NCBI GenBank assembly: GCA_964016885.1 | Contig: OZ024757.1 | Span: 6,324,001 to 6,388,000 of the forward strand | From: Eledone cirrhosa | Lineage: Eukaryota | Direction of reading: 5' to 3' | DNA length: 64,000 nt | Shown: positions 57,042-64,000 of the stretch, in pieces | How the letters are laid out: each line of letters starts with the position of its first letter | How positions within the stretch are numbered: position 1 is the stretch's first letter | Translations under genes and position numbers: made by a program | The notes under the pieces: generated by a model | Told to the model about the DNA's origin: nothing | The model's input: only the letters and a program-made list of their open reading frames with translations | The model's database searches: none

Positions 57042-58282
57042 TTAAGTGGTCTCCTGTGTTTGTTATATTCCTTGTTGTTGTAAAATGTGGTTCGGGTTGG
57101 TGGTTGTAGATTGAATGGGGTGTTCCTGTACTGCGAGTATGGGTGTGTGTTTCTATGTGCCATGTTGTATTGTGGTGTTATAAGTGGCTTACGTTGTTGG
57201 TTGTATCGTGTGGTGTGGGTTTGTTGTGTATTGTGGAAGTGAGAGTTGAGAAAATGGTAATTACCTTGTTGTCCCCTTGAGGCGGGGAAGTTGTTGCATC
57301 TATCATGGCGGTGGTATCTTTTCCCTATGTTTGACGATGAGGAATCCGCGTAGTAGTTGAGTGATTTGGTATGGTGTCTCCTTGAGGGGGGAAAGTTGTA
57401 AATGTCATTCTGGGGGAGATGATTTCTTGGGTTTTTGTTCCTTCTTATGATAGCGAGGTTGGGAAGTTCATCTTCGGTGTGGTGCTTCCTTCTTCGTTTG
57501 TTTGAGGCTTGGGGGTTTGAGAAGTTGTTGTGCGGTTCAGTTATGGGTTTTCCTATTTTTATGAACGGGTTATTGGAGGTGTAATCCGTTTGAAAAGTCG
57601 ATTCATAGTGTAGGAACCAAGCGGCACTTTTTTCCCAGCGTTGAAGGGATTTCAGTTCTTCTCTGTTGCAGTCCCCTTTCCATAATTTGGAGATCTTCTC
57701 TACCTTGGGGCCTTCAGTTTTGTTGTTGATTTCCAGGAGGATCTCTTCATCGATGGTTTTGATTTTTTCCTCATTTGTCTGGGCCCTCAGTTTAAGAAGT
57801 TCAATTTCTGTCTTCATTTTTTCCAATGCCATTCTTTCCCTAAGGTGTCTTTGAGGTTCGGGTTCATTTGGAATGGACTTTATTTGTAGTTTACGGGGGA
57901 GAGTTAGAGGGGTTGAGTTAAGCCATTTTTCATATATCTCTGCTTTGTTGTGATTTTGTATCATCTTCCAGAATGAGAACTTTCTGTCTCTGAGGGATTT
58001 GTTCCATTTTGGAATTGTTCGAATTTTCATTTTGTGTGAATCAATCTCACATGGTTCTTCGTTGGTTTTTCCTGGGTTGGTAGTAGTGAACATAGTTTGG
58101 ATAGTATCGCAAAGGTTTTGGAGTTTGTCGCCGATTTCGGAGGGTTTGTATCCGGTGGCGGTTTCCTTATTTGTGGAGTCAAGTTTGTCGACCAGCAAAG
58201 ATAGGTTGGTGTTGATTTTCTTGAGTTCCTGTAGGATCTCTTCATTTGAGTTGATGAGGGTTGTATCCGTTTTTGTTGGCAT
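56972..58282 (-). CDS. PLE ORF1, coiled-coil / basic protein of unknown function (436 aa from ATG 58282)
   Basis: Uninterrupted ORF inside the element. Heptad-like segments (EILQELKKINTNLSLLVDKL; LEKMKTEIELLKLRAQTNEEKIKTIDEEI) and a low-complexity R/H/N/Q tail. Confidence 0.85.
   Translation of the reverse strand: MPTKTDTTLINSNEEILQELKKINTNLSLLVDKLDSTNKETATGYKPSEIGDKLQNLCDTIQTMFTTTNPGKTNEEPCEIDSHKMKIRTIPKWNKSLRDRKFSFWKMIQNHNKAEIYEKWLNSTPLTLPRKLQIKSIPNEPEPQRHLRERMALEKMKTEIELLKLRAQTNEEKIKTIDEEILLEINNKTEGPKVEKISKLWKGDCNREELKSLQRWEKSAAWFLHYESTFQTDYTSNNPFIKIGKPITEPHNNFSNPQASNKRRRKHHTEDELPNLAIIRRNKNPRNHLPQNDIYNFPPSRRHHTKSLNYYADSSSSNIGKRYHRHDRCNNFPASRGQQGNYHFLNSHFHNTQQTHTTRYNQQRKPLITPQYNMAHRNTHPYSQYRNTPFNLQPPTRTTFYNNKEYNKHRRPLNISRQPLYPNHFLDTAHRYRQTK
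57005..57011 (-). other. Putative -1 ribosomal frameshift slippery site U_UUU_UUA
   Basis: ORF1 frame reads CAT TTT TTA GAC. The -1 frame TTT TTT AGA CAC is the RT frame. Confidence 0.72.
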
Positions 58283-58666
58283 TCTCTGTATCTCATGTGA
58301 GGATATGATAGTTAAAAGAATAGAGGTGTAACACACAAGTTATTATATATTGGTAAACGGAATAGAAAATGCTGACAAATTGTTCACAGTTGAAAAATGA
58401 CACACGTAAACACACATGCTCTATGGTGCAATACAAAAAAATATATGAGCATATATATGTATGTATATATGTATATATATATATATATATGTAGTGAAAA
58501 TATATATGTGTGTGTGTGTGTGTATATATATATAGTGAATATCATTTCACACCTTTTATTGTTAAGATTGTTGATGTTCTATTAAGAGAACCGATTTTAC
58601 TGAAAAAATCGAATAATGTACACCATTTTACCAGGGGGGAAAAAAATACTGGTCCACCCACACACG

Positions 58667-58698
<32 letters not shown>

Positions 58699-58829
58699 AA
58701 CACATACACACGCGTACATCAACATACAAAGAGACTTATACACACACACACACACACACGCACTTCTCCGTATAAGACAAAAGCTGAAAAATATCTTTTG
58801 ACCTTCGAATGACTCTGCTGTGTGCATGT

Positions 58830-58863
<34 letters not shown>

Positions 58864-58929
58864 ATCTTAATAGCCATTTGACACACATCGCTGGTGGCTA
58901 TTGTCGCAGCATCAAACACCTTACTACTA

Positions 58930-59017
<88 letters not shown>

Positions 59018-59042
59018 TTGTTGTGAAAGAGTCATTTCTCAA

Positions 59043-59221
59043 TCTTGGCGCAAAACCAATTTTTTATCCACATGACCTCTACCGACCAATCAAAATTGTT
59101 TTGACCATAATTTTTGCTGGAGCAACTTTTCTAACATTTTAACATAAAAACAGTCTTGGCGCAAAATCAACTTTTTACATTCACATGACCTCTACCGACC
59201 AATCAAAATTGTTTTGACCAC
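59043..59221 (+). promoter_or_regulatory. Duplicated ~110 bp module in the pLTR with E2F-like, E-box and CCAAT motifs (mirror at ~53805-53985)
   Basis: TCTTGGCGCAAAA...CACATGAC...GACCAATCA occurs twice. Confidence 0.4.
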
Positions 59222-59493
59222 AAGCATTTTTGCAACACAAAAATAACGTTGGAGCCATTTTTTTAACATAAAAACAGGTAGAATTCCCAAAACTAATCAG
59301 ATCAGAGCAAACAGCAGGGACACTCTATCTCAAAATTATTTTTGAAAAGCATTTAGAAATGCGCAACCGGTAAAAACTTAAAAACTTAAAACCACAACTG
59401 AATACTAACCCATACAATCACCAATACTCTTTTATTCCTAATTAAACCATTTTTCAACTGTGAACAATTTGTCAGCATTTTCTATTCCGTTTA

Positions 59494-59542
<49 letters not shown>

Positions 59543-59908
59543 GTTACACAAGAGATATAATTAGATTAATTAAAGTTATAATGGTTTCTTATTTAGGCAC
59601 AAGGCCTGCAATTTGGGGGGAGGGGAAAGTCGATTAAATCGACCCCAGTGCGTGACTGGTACTTTATTTTATCGACCGCGTAAGGATGAAAGGCAAAGTT
59701 AACCTCGGCAGGATTTGAACTCAGACCAAATAATGATTCCATTTATTGGCCACAAGGGCCGACTCTCAGACCAAATAATAAAGACAGTCATGATAACAAT
59801 AACCTGAAATAAAGGATTACGTCGAGTGCTCTCCCTAATATTACATCAAGGTTGACTATACGGAATGACCAGTTCTATCCAGTGGTGAGCCAACAAACCT
59901 AAATGTAT

Positions 59909-59997
<89 letters not shown>

Positions 59998-60239
59998 CAA
60001 GAGGGAGAATGATATTCTGACGGTCTTCCAGTTTATTCCGAAGTCTGTAAAAAAAATATACTGTTGATTGTATAACTAAACTTTGGAGATTTTAAACAAA
60101 AAACTAAGTTGTAATGGATAATATCACTGCTATTTCTAGCAGTTAGAGAGACTACGTAGAGGTTTTCTTATTGATGTATAATTGATATTTTACTGAGTGA
60201 TACTTTCTGACTTACAATCAATTAAATACGAGTGGAACT

Positions 60240-60477
60240 GTGTCTGAAGGTATTAAATTATATCAGGGACTTTTAATGTATGACACCGGTACGAGAGTTG
60301 AAACATTCTCAACGACACCGGGTACCTGCTGTCTTCATTATAACTTTAATTAATCTAATTATATCTTGTGTAACAATTATATATATACACACAATTTTAA
60401 TTCCCCGACATCAGTCTTAGACTGTCATATCTATTCTTACTTTACAATTGTGTCTACTAAGAGTTCCATTACAATCT
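60240..60477 (+). other. Inverted copy of the ZNF upstream/5' UTR cassette
   Basis: 60240-60370 is the reverse complement of 44560-44698. 60385-60475 is the reverse complement of 53214-53300. Confidence 0.7.
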
Positions 60478-61193
60478 GTAGTAGTAAAACTACTATTTCA
60501 CCAGAACATCTGCTATCAGTCATTTATAGACAATATATATATTTTAGACCACATATCAATCTAATATATATATATTTCCTATCTAATCTGTAGCTAAAGA
60601 CATAAAGTCAGCCTCACTACTTCATTCTGACAAGATATCAATTTATGACTAAAGATGAAGAAGATACACCAACGTTAATGTCGTGAAATAAAGCTGATAA
60701 CATTGAAACTTCTAATTTGATAACAAAGAGATTATTTCTTTGGTTGTTTAGTAACAACTAACAACACAACACATTGATTATATGTGAAGGAGGTAAGTTG
60801 ACAAATATTTACTTAATGTCTATATTAATGTGTGTAAATAATATAATTATGTGAACCCTACAACGAACCAGTAATTATATACAAGTGAAAATATATATAA
60901 CAACATTAGAAAAATATATTTCTTCCTCCACTTTTATATATAGAAAAAACACTTCCCAACTGAAATGTTGATGTGATATTTTTCAATCATCAGATTCCAC
61001 TGTTACATGTGATATAAAATATATTGTTATCATGACTGTCTTTATTATTTAAATTACCTCCGTCTATATTTCAACCACTGGAACAACCTCAAACAAGAAA
61101 CAGTTGTCACCCTCAGTCAACATTTTAATGTAAGATATCGAAATAAATGTTATAAGTGTATATAGATAGATGTATGTTGTGTGTGTATATATA

Positions 61194-61765
61194 CAGTGAT
61201 CCCCCGCTATATCGCGGTCCCGTTACATCGCGGATATGTCTTTGGAACGTATCTAATTTCCTATCGCGGTAATCCTCGCCACATCGCGGATTATTCGTTA
61301 GAACATATCTAGTTTCTTATCGCGGTACGTCTGAATAAAAAGTGTTTCAAATTTAAACTTATTAAATAAGTTTCAATGTTATTAAAGTGTATATCGTAAG
61401 GAAAGGACATCTTAAGGCGTTAATTATAAACAAATGTTTTTATTTTTCATTCCATTACTGTTTTACTGATTGTGTTTTGCTCTAATCTACTACAAACCCT
61501 TCATAGATTGACGGGAGATGTGCAGTGTATTACCAAGTGGCTACCGTGGCTGGCAATAGTCCTCATTAGTAACTAGTGGTACGATGGTTGGTGGTAGTTT
61601 CTATACGATCGTTACTGGCTGTTTTTGGTGTTTAAATACAAAAGTGTGTATTAATGAGTTTATATGTACTTAAAGCATGTATGAGAGGTATTTTAAGGCT
61701 TAAACTATGAAAACAACGGTTGTCTTTATGGTCTCTCTAAATCACGGTTGGTTCTGGAACGTATC
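61194..61765. mobile_element. Tc1/mariner (pogo/Tigger-like) MITE; right end truncated by a SINE at 61767-61930
   Basis: TA|CAGTGATCCCCCGCTATATCGCGG with repeated ATCGCGG subterminal motifs. Confidence 0.55.
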
Positions 61766-61904
61766 ATGTCTTAGTGGTTAGAGCATTGGGCTTACAATTA
61801 AAAGGTGGTGAGTTCGATTCTTGGACCGTGTGATGTGTTGTGTCCTTGAGCAAGACACTTTATTTCACGTTGCTCCAGTTTACTCAGCTGTAGAAATGAG
61901 CTGT

Positions 61905-62985
61905 AATGTCACTGGTGCCAAGCTGTATCGGCCATAGCCTTTCCCTTGGACATATATATAGTGTATATATACTGTATAATATATATAGTGTATATATACT
62001 GTATAATATATATATATATAGTGTATATATACTGTATAATATATACAATGTATATATACTGTATAATATATATAGTGTATATATACTGTATAATATATAT
62101 AGTGTATATATATGTTGTGACGTCACAGGTGCCAAGCTGTATCGGCCATAACCTTTCTCTTGGACAACATATATAGTGTATATATAGATACTGTACACAG
62201 TGTATAATATGTATACAGTATATATGCAGTATATATATACAGTATATATGTTGTGATGTTATTAGTGCCAAGCTGTATCAGCCATTACCTTTCTCTTGGA
62301 CATATATATAGTGTATAGATACTGTACACAGTGTATATATTATATGTATGGTTTATATATACTATACATAGTGTATATATAGTATATATATATAGTGTGT
62401 ATATATTGTACATAGTGTATATATACAGTATATATGCTGTGAAAGCACTGGTGCCAAGCTGTATCAGTCATTACCTTTCCCTTGGACAACATCATATATA
62501 GTGTATAATATATAGTGTACACTGTATATATAATATATATATAGTGTATATATATGTTGTGATGTCACTAGTACCAAGCTGTATCAGTCATTACCTTTCC
62601 CTTGGACAACATCATATATAGTGTATAATATATAGTGTACACAGTGTATATATATAATATATATATAGTGTATATATATGTTGTGATGTCACTAGTACCA
62701 AGCTGTATCAGTCATTACCTTTCCCTTGGACAACATCATATATAGTGTATAATATATAGTGTACACAGTGTATATATATAATATATATATAGTGTATATA
62801 TATGTTGTGATGTCACTAGTACCAAGCTGTATCAGTCATTACCTTTCCCTTGGACAACATCATATATAGTGTATAATATATAGTGTACACAGTGTATATA
62901 TATAATATATATATAGTGTATATATATGTTGTGATGTCACTAGTACCAAGCTGTATCAGTCATTACCTTTCCCTTGGACAACATC
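61905..62985. repeat. ~120 bp tandem repeat grown from a SINE tail plus TA-rich spacers
   Basis: GATGTCACTAGTACCAAGCTGTATCAGTCATTACCTTTCCCTTGGACAACATC repeated. Confidence 0.85.
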
Positions 62986-63054
62986 GGTGGCGTGGAGTGA
63001 GAGACTGGTATAAATGGGTGACTGCTGGTCTTCCTCAAACAACTGTACTTATCG

Positions 63055-63445
63055 TCTTACTCCATATCTTCCATCAATTGTGTGAGGTCAGCTTCTATCA
63101 CTTCATCCCAGGTCTTCCTACTCCATATCTTCCATCAATTGTCTGAGGTCAGCTTCTATCACCTCATCCCATGTCTTCCTACTCCATATCTTCCATCAGT
63201 TGTATGAGGTCAGCTTCTATCACCTCATCCCAGGTCTTTCTACACAATATCTTCCATCAATTGTGTGAGGTCAGCTTTTATCACCTCATCCCAGGTCTTT
63301 CTACTCCATATCTTCCATCAATTGTGTGAGGTCAGCTTCTATCACCTCATCCCAGGTCTTCCTACTCCACAGCTTCCATCAATTGTGTGAGGTCAGCTTT
63401 TATCACCTCATCCCAGGTCTTCCTACTTCACAGCTTCCATCAATT
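63055..63445. repeat. ~61 bp minisatellite from the RTE C-terminal coding region, ~6 copies
   Basis: CTTCCATCAATTGTGTGAGGTCAGCTTCTATCACCTCATCCCAGGTCTTCCTACTCCATAT. Minus strand encodes DG.YGVGRP..W.EVI..DL. Confidence 0.85.
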
Positions 63446-64000
63446 TTATAAAATGCTTGAAAATGACTTAGAAAAATGTTTCATCAAAGTCAAAATTTAA
63501 TCCCAAAGAGAGGAAATTGGAACATTATCCACTGAAAGTTGCTTAACCCTCTAACATTTAAACTAGCCATAACTGGCCATAATTTTGTCCCCTTTTTCAT
63601 TTTAAACCAGCTGTAATTGACCACTCAGTCTGATGTTAAGGTATTGTTCTCAATATAAATAATATCAAAATCTCATAGATTCGATATTATGTGACATATG
63701 TGAGGTAATGTCTTTACCATGGAAATATAATAGTATATATGTAGTAATGTAAATACTAAAGAAAGGACTTTTAGGTGCCAAAATATTGGACAAATAAAAG
63801 AACAACAACAAAAACATAGCAAAGATTACCAGGTAATTTTTACTTCCCTCATCTTACAGTCCATTTTGCATTGTTTAGCCTTCTATCTCTTTCAACGTTA
63901 CATATTATATAGAATGCTTGAAGTAAACTACAACATTTTATTATATATCATCATCATCAATTAACGTCCATCTTCCACGCTAGCATGGGTTAGACGGGTC

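Larger units (their letters stand above)
53489..59502 (-). mobile_element. Penelope-like element (GIY-YIG type), apparently intact, with 3' pLTR, inverted 5' pLTR and tail, inserted in (TA)n
   Basis: RT plus GIY-YIG ORF. 58396-59502 is the reverse complement of 53525-54612. 58308-58399 is a direct copy of 53489-53580. (TA)n on both flanks. Confidence 0.95.

Noticed and set aside
53525-59502. DNA transposon with 1.1 kb terminal inverted repeats
   Set aside because: The cargo is RT/GIY-YIG. The asymmetric tail and internal direct copy fit an inverted PLE pLTR.

Overview
Eukaryotic, AT-rich, microsatellite-laden DNA; the C2H2 zinc-finger style ([16 protein letters not shown]), RTE LINEs and SINEs point to a coleoid cephalopod (Octopus-like; inference). 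It holds a tandem cluster of four minus-strand C2H2-ZNF paralogs, all damaged or truncated. Around them are RTE, RTE-BovB, Tx1-like and CRE-like non-LTR fragments, SINEs, a Helitron, mariner-type MITEs and about ten young minisatellite arrays, many grown from TE sequence. The standout is a young, apparently intact Penelope-like element (53489-59502, minus strand) inserted in (TA)n, with an inverted pseudo-LTR. It has two ORFs: a coiled-coil ORF1 and an RT/GIY-YIG ORF. They overlap at an in-frame U_UUU_UUA slippery heptamer, and the conserved PLE N-terminal motif lies upstream of the first RT-frame ATG, which suggests a -1 programmed ribosomal frameshift. Its pLTR carries an atypical hammerhead-like motif (UUGAAAA...GCAA-CCGG-UA). 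Other minimal hammerheads sit in TA-embedded fragments (15984-16054, 21716-21751, 46961-46996). All calls are by eye; no database searches or folding programs were run.
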